This document shows positions 37,470 to 46,407 of a stretch of 64,000 bases of DNA, one piece after another. The translations under genes were made by a program, and so were the position numbers. Location: assembly GCA_009786075.1 (NCBI GenBank), contig WQTX01000001.1, positions 1,592 to 65,591 of the forward strand, read 5' to 3'. The DNA is from Bacteroidota bacterium (GTDB lineage: Bacteria; Bacteroidota; Bacteroidia; Bacteroidales; UBA1715). Below the pieces are notes generated by a model, which saw nothing but the letters and a program-made list of their open reading frames with translations, had not been told where the DNA came from and ran no database searches. Positions within the stretch are counted from its first letter, which is position 1. Each line of letters begins with the position of its first letter.

Positions 37470-39215
37470 ATGAACAAATATCTTTTCCTTTGCACAACTC
37501 TCGCACTTTTCTCATTTTCAACACTTTTCGCTCAACAAACAGATACCGTAACCACTCGTTATAAAAACGGCAAAATAGCAAGCAAAGGTTATTTGCGCGA
37601 CGGCAACGAACACGGCAAGTGGCAATATTGGGATTCGCTGGGACGAAAGACCCAAGAAACCGAATATTTGCGCGGACGGCTTCATGGAAAAAATACCGAA
37701 TTTTACCCCAACGGCACACCCAAACAAGTAGCAACCTACAAACTCAACCGCTTACACGGCGTATATACCGAATATAACGAACGTGGTTTCAAAACCATAG
37801 AAGGCTATTTTAAAGACAATGCCCGCGATAGTTCGTGGAAATATTTTTACCCCGAAGGAAACGCCGTGCGCATAGAATATATGTACAAGGGCGATACGGT
37901 GCTACTATGGAATCAATGCTATCAAAAGGGCTATTGTGTAATAAAAGACGGCACGGGCGAATGGAACGAAATGTGGCAAGGAACAAATAATGTAAAAGAA
38001 AAAGGTGCGTATTTAGGCGGTTACAAAACAGGATTGTGGGAAACATATTTTGAAAGCGGCAAATTGCAATCGAAAGGCGAATATGTGCGTGGCGAAAAAG
38101 TGGGCGATTGGGTAGAATACTACGAAAACGGAAAAATGAAAGAGCACCGCAACACGCAAACCGGCGTTTACGAAGTGTGGTTTGCCACCGGAAAACCCTA
38201 CGTGAAAGGTTTTATGAAAAACGAAATAAAAGATTCCGTGTGGACGTATTGGAACGAACAAGGCGCCATGATTACCCGTGCACGCTATAAAAACGGAAAG
38301 TTAGAAGGCTTGCAAGAAAATTGGTTTGCCAACGGAAAACCGTCATCGACAATAGAATACCGAGCCGACAAAAAACACGGAAAAGCCGTGTGGTATCACG
38401 AAAATAATTCGCGACAAGCCATTGACATGGAAGGTTATTTTGCCGACGACTTGCAACACGGCACATGGATTTATTGGCGTGCCGACGGCAAAGGCGTGGG
38501 CAATACCGGTAATTTTGACAAGGGTTTGAAAACCGGTCGCTGGAAATGGTATTACGACGAAAAAAACCTGTGGAAAGAAGGCGATTACGATAAAGATTTA
38601 AAAACCGGTTTATGGGTATTTTATTACGAAAACGGGCAGAAAGAACATCAGGGGAATTTTGTAAAAGACAAAGAACACGGAAAATTTGAACAATGGTTCG
38701 ATAACGGCAAACTACAAACAATCGGTTACTTCGATATGGGTTTAATGACCGGCACATGGGAGGGTTGGTACGAAGAAAAACCTTCGCAACAAATGTACCG
38801 CACCGAATATAAAAACGGCGTAAACCACGGCGTAGCCACTATATGGAACCTGAACGGCTTAGTACAATCGGAAAAACATTACCAAAATGGCGATTTTCAC
38901 GGTTCATCGAAAACCTATTTTATGAACGGCAAACCCAATATTTTCGGCGAATACAGCAAAGGCAGAATGACCGGCACGTGGCAATACTACAACGAATCGG
39001 GCACAATGGAACGTGAAATTTCGTACAAAGACGGTATTCCAAGCGGCAAATGGACTGTGCGCTACAAAGAAGGTCCGCTAAAAGAAGAAATGACCTACAA
39101 AAACGGTATGCGTACCGGTAATTACAAATATTACGGTGTACGCGGCGATTTGCAATATCATGTGATTTACAAAAATGGGCAGGTTAAGAAAACGAAGGTT
39201 GATAAGAGGAAATAG
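37470..39215 (+). CDS. MORN-variant repeat (YwqK-like) protein with a signal peptide
   Basis: About 20 tandem units of G-x-W-x-x-[WY]-[YF]-x-N-G-x(3-4)-E-x-x-Y-x-x-G-x-x-H-G. Confidence 0.75.
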   Translation: MNKYLFLCTTLALFSFSTLFAQQTDTVTTRYKNGKIASKGYLRDGNEHGKWQYWDSLGRKTQETEYLRGRLHGKNTEFYPNGTPKQVATYKLNRLHGVYTEYNERGFKTIEGYFKDNARDSSWKYFYPEGNAVRIEYMYKGDTVLLWNQCYQKGYCVIKDGTGEWNEMWQGTNNVKEKGAYLGGYKTGLWETYFESGKLQSKGEYVRGEKVGDWVEYYENGKMKEHRNTQTGVYEVWFATGKPYVKGFMKNEIKDSVWTYWNEQGAMITRARYKNGKLEGLQENWFANGKPSSTIEYRADKKHGKAVWYHENNSRQAIDMEGYFADDLQHGTWIYWRADGKGVGNTGNFDKGLKTGRWKWYYDEKNLWKEGDYDKDLKTGLWVFYYENGQKEHQGNFVKDKEHGKFEQWFDNGKLQTIGYFDMGLMTGTWEGWYEEKPSQQMYRTEYKNGVNHGVATIWNLNGLVQSEKHYQNGDFHGSSKTYFMNGKPNIFGEYSKGRMTGTWQYYNESGTMEREISYKDGIPSGKWTVRYKEGPLKEEMTYKNGMRTGNYKYYGVRGDLQYHVIYKNGQVKKTKVDKRK

Positions 39216-39224
39216 TTGTTAGTG

Positions 39225-39779
39225 ATTAGTTATTAGTGGTTAGTTTTTTATGGATTTGATAATCAATGTAAAAGATATTTCACTTACTAAAAGAATTTGG
39301 TTGTCTATTGAAAGTTTTATTCATTATCAATTGATTATTTTATGTGTATTATTTGTTGGTTCCATATTATATGGAGTACATTTATCTGCATTCCTTTTAT
39401 TAGAAGCTACAATTATACTCATAGTGATTTATAGATATGTCAGAAAGAGCAGTTATCTTGTTTATAATATAAGTTTCACAAACAATGAGATTGAAATACA
39501 CTACTATTATAGATATTTTCGCAAGAAATGTCTGACAATACAATTGTCCGATTTAAAACAAAGGTATTATAATAAACCTGACTATTGTGGATTTGGATAT
39601 TATTGGTCATTGGAATTGTTAAAAAACAATAAATTTATAATCCAACTAAGCGAAAAAGATAAAATTGGTTGGACACGAGAAAAAATGTTGGAAGTCAAAC
39701 ATCAATTAGATATTCGCAATGTACAAGAAAGCGGATTTACAACTACTTTTTTCTAAAAAACTAACCACTAATAACTAAT
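39225..39779 (+). other. Cassette bounded by a 25-bp perfect inverted repeat and enclosing one small ORF
   Basis: ATTAGTTATTAGTGGTTAGTTTTTT at 39225-39249 abuts the ATG. Its exact reverse complement at 39755-39779 overlaps the stop codon. Confidence 0.75.
39250..39756 (+). CDS. Hypothetical small membrane protein (two TM helices plus a ~90-aa tail)
   Basis: The ORF fills the inverted-repeat loop exactly and is visibly more AT-rich than its neighbours. No recognisable family. Confidence 0.45.
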   Translation: MDLIINVKDISLTKRIWLSIESFIHYQLIILCVLFVGSILYGVHLSAFLLLEATIILIVIYRYVRKSSYLVYNISFTNNEIEIHYYYRYFRKKCLTIQLSDLKQRYYNKPDYCGFGYYWSLELLKNNKFIIQLSEKDKIGWTREKMLEVKHQLDIRNVQESGFTTTFF

Positions 39780-40397
39780 AATAAACACCATCAATTTTTT
39801 CGGACCATGAGCACCAAGCACAAGCGTTTTTTCAATATCGGCAGTGCGGCTTGGTCCGGTAATAATGGTAATTTGCGAAGGGTAATCGGTGCCGTATTTT
39901 TTTTCAAGATGGGCAAATACTTCGGGTAAATCGGCGCATAATTGGTTGGCGTATGCAATTACAATATGCGTTTCGGGAGCGGCAAATGCCCGCCGCCCAA
40001 TGCCTTGCGCTGCCGAAACAGCTACGCTTGCCGTGCGTGCCGAAAGTGCTTCGCAGGTGGTGATTGAAATTTTTGCCGTGCGTGCAAATTCAGGGTCGCT
40101 ATTGTAAAAAATAGTATTTGCAGCAAGCAAAATTTCTATTTCGGGATTGTTGCAAAATACGGTTTGGTTGGTGCACATTTGCGCTATTTCGTTCAACGCA
40201 TCGTTAATTGTTGGCACAATTGTGCAATGTCCGCTTATGGCTTCAAGTGTTTTTTTAAATGCTTCGGCTAATGGAGCTTGCGGTTGTACAAAAAATTCTT
40301 CGGTTGAAGTTACCGGTATGTATGCTGCTGCGCCAAATTGGGCTTTGGTTTGCAAATCTTGCAGAATTTGTGTGCGGTTTGTTTGTGAATTTACCAT
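39768..40397 (-). CDS. LUD-domain protein (LutC/YkgG-like)
   Basis: The C-terminal pattern ETHIVIAYANQL...ITIITGPSRTADIEKTLVLGAHGPKKLMVFII fits the LUD domain. Confidence 0.6.
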   Translation of the reverse strand: MVNSQTNRTQILQDLQTKAQFGAAAYIPVTSTEEFFVQPQAPLAEAFKKTLEAISGHCTIVPTINDALNEIAQMCTNQTVFCNNPEIEILLAANTIFYNSDPEFARTAKISITTCEALSARTASVAVSAAQGIGRRAFAAPETHIVIAYANQLCADLPEVFAHLEKKYGTDYPSQITIITGPSRTADIEKTLVLGAHGPKKLMVFIISY

Positions 40398-40417
40398 AGA
40401 ACGTAAATTTTAATATT

Positions 40418-40564
40418 GCGGTGCTACGCACCTTTTTATGTCATACAATCTTTTTACTACAAATATTTCCGGTGCTCCGCACCTCGTGTTTTAAAATGGT
40501 GCAGAGCACCAAAATAATTGTAGATTAAAAGTTTAAAAATCCTAATTTGAGGTGCAGAGCACCG
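40418..40564. repeat. Cluster of four GGTGC-nnn-GCACC mini-palindromes
   Basis: Copies at 40418-40432, 40469-40483, 40497-40511 (inverted) and 40550-40564 (inverted). Copies 2 and 3 can form a 13-bp hairpin. Confidence 0.75.
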
Positions 40565-40619
40565 TAATATTTATTTTGATTAATTATCACATTGGCATAT
40601 TGACTTATTGGCACATTAT

Positions 40620-42614
40620 TTACTCCACGCTTTCCGTAATCTTATGTTCCCCCGCCGCCGGAAATGTACGTTTGCCAAATATTTTTTCCAAATCGTCGCT
40701 AAAAATCACTTCTCTTTCGAGCAATAGTTCGGCAAGTTTTGTGAGTCCTGCGCGATGTTCCCATAGAATGGCGAATGATTTTTTATACACTTCGTCAACA
40801 ATTGCCCGCACTTCGTCGTCAATCATTTGCGCCGTTTCGCCGCTGTATGGTTTGGTAAACGAATATTCCGATTGTCCGGTGGAATCGTAAAAACTAATGT
40901 TGCCGATTTTTTCGCTCATACCAAAATACGTAACCATGGCGTATGCCTGTTTGGTAACTTTTTCGAGGTCGTTGAGCGCGCCGGTCGAAATTTTGCCAAA
41001 GGTAATTTGTTCGGCAATTCGTCCGCCAAGTGTGGCGCACATTTCGTCTATAATTTGTTCTTTGGTAGTAATTTGGCGTTCTTCGGGCAGGTACCATGCT
41101 GCACCGAGCGCCTTGCCGCGAGGAATAATGGTAACTTTTACAAGCGGGTGCGCATATTCCAAAAGCCAACTCAGCGTGGCATGACCGGCTTCGTGATAAG
41201 CAATTGTTCTCTTTTCTTCGATGGAAATTATTTTGTTGCGTTTTTCCAAACCGCCAATAATTCTATCAACAGCATCTAAGAAATCTTGCCGTCCTACTTC
41301 CTTTTTGTTGTTGCGAGCGGCTATCAAAGCGGCTTCGTTGCATACGTTGGCTATGTCGGCTCCCGAAAAACCGGGTGTTTGTTTTGCCAAAAAGTCAACT
41401 TGAATATCGGGAGCAACTTTTATAGGTTTTAAATGCACTTTGAAAATTGCCTCACGCTCGGTAATATCGGGTAATTCCACGTGAATTTGCCGGTCGAAAC
41501 GTCCGGCGCGCATTAAGGCTTTGTCCAAAATATCGGCACGGTTGGTTGCGGCGAGTATAATTACACCTTTGTTGGTTTCAAAACCGTCCATTTCGGTAAG
41601 TAGCTGATTGAGAGTATTTTCCCGTTCGTCATTTACTCCGGCATTTACATTTTTGCCGCGAGCGCGACCAATGGTGTCAATTTCGTCGATAAAAATAATA
41701 CAAGGCGCTTTTGCTTTTGCTTCCTTGAACAAATCGCGCACACGAGCTGCGCCCACGCCCACAAACATTTCCACAAAATCGGAACCCGACATTGAAAAAA
41801 ACGGCACGCCGGCTTCGCCCGCTACGGCTTTGGCAAGCAAGGTTTTACCCGTTCCCGGAGGTCCCACAAGCAACGCGCCTTTCGGTATGCGTCCGCCCAA
41901 TTCGGTGTATTTTTTCGGATTTTTCAAGAAATCTACAATTTCACGGATTTCTATTTTTGCCTCTTCCAAACCGGCAACATCGCTAAAATTGATATTGGTT
42001 TTGTTTCCGGTATTGTCGAACAACCGGGCACGCGATTTTCCGATATTGAAAATTCCACCCGGTCCGCCGCCACCGGTCATGCGGCGCATGATAAACATCC
42101 ACACGCCTATGAGCAGTACCAAAGGCAAAAGCCAGCCAATAATATCGCCTATGTAATTGTGGCGGGTTTCGTAATCAATGCTTGCGCGGTCGCCCATATT
42201 GAATTGCTGTTGAATTTCATCAACGCGTCGCTCAAAACTATCTATCGAACCGATTGAAATAATATAATCGGGTTTCGCCATTCTCGACGGATTTCGAGCA
42301 TCGGGATTGGAGTTTAGAAACACTTCGCCTGATTCTTTGTTTACCACCACAACCCTGCTAATTTCACGATTTTTTAATTTTGTGAAAAATTCCACATCGC
42401 TTAATCTATTCGTTTTCGGTGTGCCAAAATCCATAAAATTGATAACCAAAAATACAACTATAAGAATTCCATAAATCCACAGCATGGAATTTTTACCACC
42501 GTTGCCCATATTGGAAAATGGCGACATATTATTGTTGTTTCTTTGATTATTTGGTCGCTGTTGCTGTTGGTTGCCTGCAGCTTTATCGGTATTTTTTTGT
42601 TCTTCGTTTGCCAT
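40620..42614 (-). CDS. ftsH: ATP-dependent zinc metalloprotease FtsH
   Basis: [35 protein letters not shown]. Start moved to MANEEQ (42614) because the tracked MRGTRQSR extension is translated repeat. Confidence 0.95.
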   Translation of the reverse strand: MANEEQKNTDKAAGNQQQQRPNNQRNNNNMSPFSNMGNGGKNSMLWIYGILIVVFLVINFMDFGTPKTNRLSDVEFFTKLKNREISRVVVVNKESGEVFLNSNPDARNPSRMAKPDYIISIGSIDSFERRVDEIQQQFNMGDRASIDYETRHNYIGDIIGWLLPLVLLIGVWMFIMRRMTGGGGPGGIFNIGKSRARLFDNTGNKTNINFSDVAGLEEAKIEIREIVDFLKNPKKYTELGGRIPKGALLVGPPGTGKTLLAKAVAGEAGVPFFSMSGSDFVEMFVGVGAARVRDLFKEAKAKAPCIIFIDEIDTIGRARGKNVNAGVNDERENTLNQLLTEMDGFETNKGVIILAATNRADILDKALMRAGRFDRQIHVELPDITEREAIFKVHLKPIKVAPDIQVDFLAKQTPGFSGADIANVCNEAALIAARNNKKEVGRQDFLDAVDRIIGGLEKRNKIISIEEKRTIAYHEAGHATLSWLLEYAHPLVKVTIIPRGKALGAAWYLPEERQITTKEQIIDEMCATLGGRIAEQITFGKISTGALNDLEKVTKQAYAMVTYFGMSEKIGNISFYDSTGQSEYSFTKPYSGETAQMIDDEVRAIVDEVYKKSFAILWEHRAGLTKLAELLLEREVIFSDDLEKIFGKRTFPAAGEHKITESVE

Positions 42615-42654
42615 GGTTGGTATGTTAGAGAATATGTTAATTTGATGTTTTTTT

Positions 42655-42736
42655 CTGGATTGCCTCGTTCCTCGCAATGACGCTCCGGTGGCTGAGCCTG
42701 TCGAAGTCCGTCATTGCGAGGAACGAAGCAATCCAG
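42655..42736. repeat. Palindromic element CTGGATTGC-TCGTTCCTCGCAATGACG, copy 1
   Basis: Arms 42655-42682 and 42709-42736 are inverse complements, around the loop CTCCGGTGGCTGAGCCTGTCGAAGTC. Confidence 0.85.
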
Positions 42737-42739
42737 TTT

Positions 42740-43096
42740 TTAATATATTTTTACAGGGCAATCCGCCCACAGTTCTTCAATGTTATAATAATTTCGTACA
42801 TAGGGTTGAAACACGTGTACCATAATTTCGACATAATCCAAAATAATCCATTCGGCATTGTCGTAGCCGGTGCGTTGCCACACTTTTACGCCGGTGTGTT
42901 TTTGCACGTGTTCGGCAACCGAATCGGCAATGGAGGCAACATGCGTAGTAGAATTGCCTTCGCAAATCACAAAATATTTGCAAATAGCATTCTCAATGTT
43001 CTTAAAATCAAGTGAAATGATTTTTTCGCCTTTTCGCTCTTTGATACCTTCTATTATTGTGGTCAATAATTTTTTGGTACTTATGGGTTTTGTCAT
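42740..43096 (-). CDS. rsfS: Ribosome silencing factor RsfS (iojap family)
   Basis: WIILDYVEIMVHVFQPYVRNYYNIEELWAD. Confidence 0.9.
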   Translation of the reverse strand: MTKPISTKKLLTTIIEGIKERKGEKIISLDFKNIENAICKYFVICEGNSTTHVASIADSVAEHVQKHTGVKVWQRTGYDNAEWIILDYVEIMVHVFQPYVRNYYNIEELWADCPVKIY

Positions 43097-43454
43097 TCTA
43101 TGCTTTGATTATATACTTATTTGCGCAAAAATACACTATTTTAATTATTAATGATTAAATTATTAGTGATTAATTAGGTATTTGTTAAATACGTTTAAAA
43201 AAATCAATCGCAATCTAAAATCTCCTTACCGGTAGAAATAATAAATACGTATTATTGCATATTTATGTGGGTTATGTCCCTCATTTTATGATTTTTATCA
43301 TGATTTTCCTTGACTTTAATCATAATTTGTTGTATATTGCGAACTGCAATATCAAATCATAAAGTAGTGTTGCTGTTGAATCGTCTAATTGATTATTGTG
43401 AGTTGTCAATTAGGCGATTTTTGCGTTTCGAAGCAGCGTTTCACAAACACAAAA

Positions 43455-43486
43455 AAGCACTTACAAATTCATCATCGTAAGTGCTT
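43455..43486 (-). terminator. Terminator downstream of tRNA-Asn
   Basis: A 10-bp stem AAGCACTTAC/GTAAGTGCTT, followed on the minus strand by TTTTTT. Confidence 0.7.
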
Positions 43487-43491
43487 TTTCG

Positions 43492-43565
43492 CTCCCGAAG
43501 CTGGACTTGAACCAGCGACCCTCTGATTAACAGTCAGATGCTCTAACCAACTGAGCTATTCGGGA
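43492..43565 (-). tRNA. tRNA-Asn (anticodon GTT)
   Basis: The minus strand reads TCCCGAA TA GCTC AGTTGGTTA GAGC A TCTGA CTGTTAA TCAGA GGGTC GCTGG TTCAAGT CCAGC TTCGGGA G. This is a 74-nt cloverleaf with no encoded CCA. Confidence 0.9.
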
Positions 43566-43762
43566 ATATAAATTAAGTTGCTTTAAAAAAGCAGGGCAAA
43601 GATAGGTATTTTTTCAATACTTCATAAAAATTTTATGCTTTTTTTGTGATTTTTGCCTAAAATTTTACAAAATATTGAAAATCAATAAAATTGTTTTATC
43701 TTTGTAAGAATTCTGTTCTTCTCCGTTTGTTACAACCTCGTTCACTAACTAAACTAAATACT

Positions 43763-44368
43763 ATGAAAAAACTCTTTACAACTCTTATGCTTGGGCTTAC
43801 AATGATAATTGTGTGCCCTGCTCAAACAACTCCTACTGTTCAGCATCATGAATTTTATGGTGGTTTTGGTTTACTCAACACCAATCAAATGTTTAGTATG
43901 ATTGGCGATGTTTTTGGTACAATATTTACTCTTGGTCAGGTACAGCCTGACAGATATTGGGCTTTCACGCCTTCTATCGGGTATAAATATTGGTTTAACA
44001 AAAGCATTGGCATTGGCGCTCATTTTGCGTTCGACAAAAATTCGGTAAAAGCAAATCACGGTACTTTTACCAACAGTGATTGGCGCATTCACAACCGTTA
44101 TTTTTACACATTTGCGCTGGATTTCAATTGGAATTATATGAACCGCCCCATGTGCCAATTGTACGGCAACATTGGTATGGGTTCAACGCTTGTGCAATTT
44201 TCCAACAACAAAGCCGATAATCCAGATGCCCGCTTGAAACAATTCCCGTTTTTCAATTGGCACATTTCGCCGTTTGGCGTGCGAGTGGGTAACATGGTGG
44301 GCGGTTTTGCCGAATTTGGTTGGGGCTACAAAGGATTTATCAATACCGGTGTTTCGGTAAAATTGTAA
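43763..44368 (+). CDS. Hypothetical outer-membrane beta-barrel protein
   Basis: Signal peptide from MKKLFTTLMLGL (start moved to 43763). Alternating aromatic/Gly strands. Confidence 0.5.
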   Translation: MKKLFTTLMLGLTMIIVCPAQTTPTVQHHEFYGGFGLLNTNQMFSMIGDVFGTIFTLGQVQPDRYWAFTPSIGYKYWFNKSIGIGAHFAFDKNSVKANHGTFTNSDWRIHNRYFYTFALDFNWNYMNRPMCQLYGNIGMGSTLVQFSNNKADNPDARLKQFPFFNWHISPFGVRVGNMVGGFAEFGWGYKGFINTGVSVKL

Positions 44369-44466
44369 TTTGCTTACAAAATATGACCAAAAACATACTC
44401 TGTTCAGCAACATCGTAACAAAACTTTACTACATTTGCCCTTATTAACACATAAATTTTACACAGT

Positions 44467-45168
44467 ATGAAAAAGTATTTTGCAGAAATGATTGGCACTT
44501 TTGTGCTTGTTTTGGGCGGTTGCGGAACCGCAATTTTTGCCGGCGGCTCTGTCGGTTTTTTAGGCGTAGCTTTGGCTTTCGGGCTCACGGTAGTGGCTAT
44601 GGCGTATGGTATTGGCGCAATTTCGGGTGCGCATTTGAACCCTGCCGTTTCGGTTGGTGTTTTTGTTGCCGGACGTATGACGGCGAAAGATTTGGCAGGC
44701 TACATTGTAGCGCAAATTATTGGTGGTATTGTTGCTGCCAGTATTCTTGCATTTATTGTTAGTCAGTTTGGCGGCTCGCTCAGCACATTTGCTGCTAATG
44801 GTTTTGGCAAAGAGTTTTTTGATTTCGACAATGGCGGTGCAGACTATCACGACCTTTCGAGAATTGGCGCATTTATGATTGAATTGGTATTGACTTTCGT
44901 GTTTATACTCGTAATTTTGGGTGTAACTGCTAAAAGTGCAACTCCGGGTTTTGCAGGTTTGGCAATTGGTCTTACCCTTACATTAATCCACTTAATAAGC
45001 ATTCCGCTTACCAACACTTCGGTAAATCCGGCTCGTTCTATCAGTCAAGCAATTTTCTCGCAAAACCCCGAAGCATTACCACAATTGTGGGTGTTTATTT
45101 CAGCTCCTATTTGTGGTGCGGCATTGGCGGCATTTGCTTGGAAAGCGATTAAAAATGATAATGATTAA
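44467..45168 (+). CDS. aqpZ: Aquaporin Z (MIP family)
   Basis: Two NPA boxes (HLNPAVS, SVNPARS) and six TM segments. Confidence 0.9.
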   Translation: MKKYFAEMIGTFVLVLGGCGTAIFAGGSVGFLGVALAFGLTVVAMAYGIGAISGAHLNPAVSVGVFVAGRMTAKDLAGYIVAQIIGGIVAASILAFIVSQFGGSLSTFAANGFGKEFFDFDNGGADYHDLSRIGAFMIELVLTFVFILVILGVTAKSATPGFAGLAIGLTLTLIHLISIPLTNTSVNPARSISQAIFSQNPEALPQLWVFISAPICGAALAAFAWKAIKNDND

Positions 45169-46193
45169 ATATGCCCCGGACACTTCACCGCTCCATATTT
45201 TACACGATGCCTGCCACCCATAATCACATTGGTAATTGTTAATTCAAAGGCTCCGTGCCCATGGCTGGCGGTGCGAAGTTGCGACACGTTTACATCGTAA
45301 TTGAAAATAATATCGTAGCCTTTGTAATTAGTGCCAAGGGCAATAACCACCGCATCGCGGTCGCGTGCGCGGTAAAACAAGCCGAACATACTTTTGTTGA
45401 ACGAGGTGGAATTGTAGAAATATTTTATACCGATTACTCCAAACTGATATTCCTGTTGGCGGCGCTGAAATTGTATTTTTGCTTGTGGCACTACGTCGAA
45501 ATCGGCGGTAATTTGCAGCCATGCCGTAGCATGAATAAACGAGCGTAGCGGCAGACGCACGTCATTATCGTCGAACCACGAAATATTCGGACGGTTGATA
45601 TTGTAGGCAGCATAACCGAGCGTATAGGAATACAGCACACTTGGCGTAAATGTTGCCATAAATCCGGCGCTCATATTGAAAAACGTTTTCCTTGTTATTT
45701 CAAAATTCTCGCTTGTAATCAAATTCGGGTCGAAATGAGTGCCGTTGAATTGGTCGGGAAAACGGAGCAAACTGTAATCGAGAGAGTGAAAACCCAGCGC
45801 GGGCATCAACGCAGGCGAAAGCGTCCATTGATTGATGGGCAAGTGCAAAGCTATAGGCACCGCTATTTGCGAAGCTCCATAATGCGCATCGCCGGCTAAA
45901 TCGTAATTAAACACAAGTCCAATGCCAAACGGTGGTGTGGGAGAGTAGGTTTTGTGCAAACGACTATCAACGCTAAAAGAAAACGTTTTGTAAGGAACTG
46001 CTACGGTGCGGTATTGGTCGCGAGCCGTGAGATTGAAACGCAGTTTCCCTTTTATATGCCCAGCCATTGCTGGATTTACGTTGAGCGAATTTGTTAAAAA
46101 ATTGGAAAAATGAATATCTTGAGCAACCGACACCGCAATTGCTCCAACGCATAAGCTGACGCTTAATAATATTCGTTGTAGGTGTTTATTCAT
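45165..46193 (-). CDS. PorP/SprF-family type IX secretion system membrane protein
   Basis: [22 protein letters not shown] follows the signal peptide. Start moved to MNKHLQ (46193) because the tracked MRGTKQSR extension is repeat-derived. Confidence 0.85.
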   Translation of the reverse strand: MNKHLQRILLSVSLCVGAIAVSVAQDIHFSNFLTNSLNVNPAMAGHIKGKLRFNLTARDQYRTVAVPYKTFSFSVDSRLHKTYSPTPPFGIGLVFNYDLAGDAHYGASQIAVPIALHLPINQWTLSPALMPALGFHSLDYSLLRFPDQFNGTHFDPNLITSENFEITRKTFFNMSAGFMATFTPSVLYSYTLGYAAYNINRPNISWFDDNDVRLPLRSFIHATAWLQITADFDVVPQAKIQFQRRQQEYQFGVIGIKYFYNSTSFNKSMFGLFYRARDRDAVVIALGTNYKGYDIIFNYDVNVSQLRTASHGHGAFELTITNVIMGGRHRVKYGAVKCPGHI

Positions 46194-46209
46194 TTTCTTT
46201 TTTATATTT

Positions 46210-46331
46210 CTGGATTGCTTCGTTCCTCGCAATGACGCTTTTTTGTTGATTTGTGCAAACTCTCAAAAGAGCGTCATTGCGAACAAAGTGAAGCAACCGT
46301 AGCGAAGCGGAGCTCAACGAAGTTAATCCAG
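46210..46331. repeat. Palindromic element CTGGATTGC-TCGTTCCTCGCAATGACG, copy 2 (degenerate right arm)
   Basis: 46210-46238 matches the left arm of copy 1. The right arm at 46271-46331 is expanded (GCGTCATTGCGAACAAAGTGAAGCAACCGTAGCGAAGCGG...AATCCAG). Confidence 0.8.
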
Positions 46332-46407
46332 AAATTAGAATAAGTTATATTTCACTTTGGTATTATTTGTTCATCTTTTAAACTTGTTCACTTGTCAACT
46401 TCTTAAC

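Noticed and set aside
37468-37734. 88-aa minus-strand ORF overlapping the start of the MORN-repeat gene
   Set aside because: It is antisense to a gene with a clear signal peptide and about 20 regular repeats, and has no supporting features.
40552-42156. Multiple plus-strand ORFs (40552..40890, 40827..41279, 40897..41184, 41608..42156 and others) opposite ftsH
   Set aside because: They are shadow ORFs antisense to an unambiguous, motif-complete ftsH gene. They have no recognisable motifs and low-complexity composition. The same reasoning applies to antisense ORFs inside the gltD-like, DUF2723, adhesin, LRR and AEP genes.
42615-42677. N-terminal extension MRGTRQSRKKHQINIFSNIPT of the tracked ftsH ORF, and the analogous MRGTKQSRNIKKK at 46194..46232
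   Set aside because: Both extensions are translations of the same palindromic repeat family. Plausible internal ATG starts (42614, 46193) give normal N-termini.
43380-43420. Hairpin CGTCTAATTGA...TCAATTAGGCG followed by ATTTTTG as a plus-strand sRNA terminator
   Set aside because: No convincing upstream promoter box or conserved structure could be identified by eye, so it was left unannotated.
43186-43700. tRNA-Asn as an integration site for a genomic island
   Set aside because: No integrase gene and no obvious duplicated tRNA 3' segment lie nearby. The flanking genes (rsfS, ftsH, aqpZ) are housekeeping, and the conflict island starts 7 kb away.
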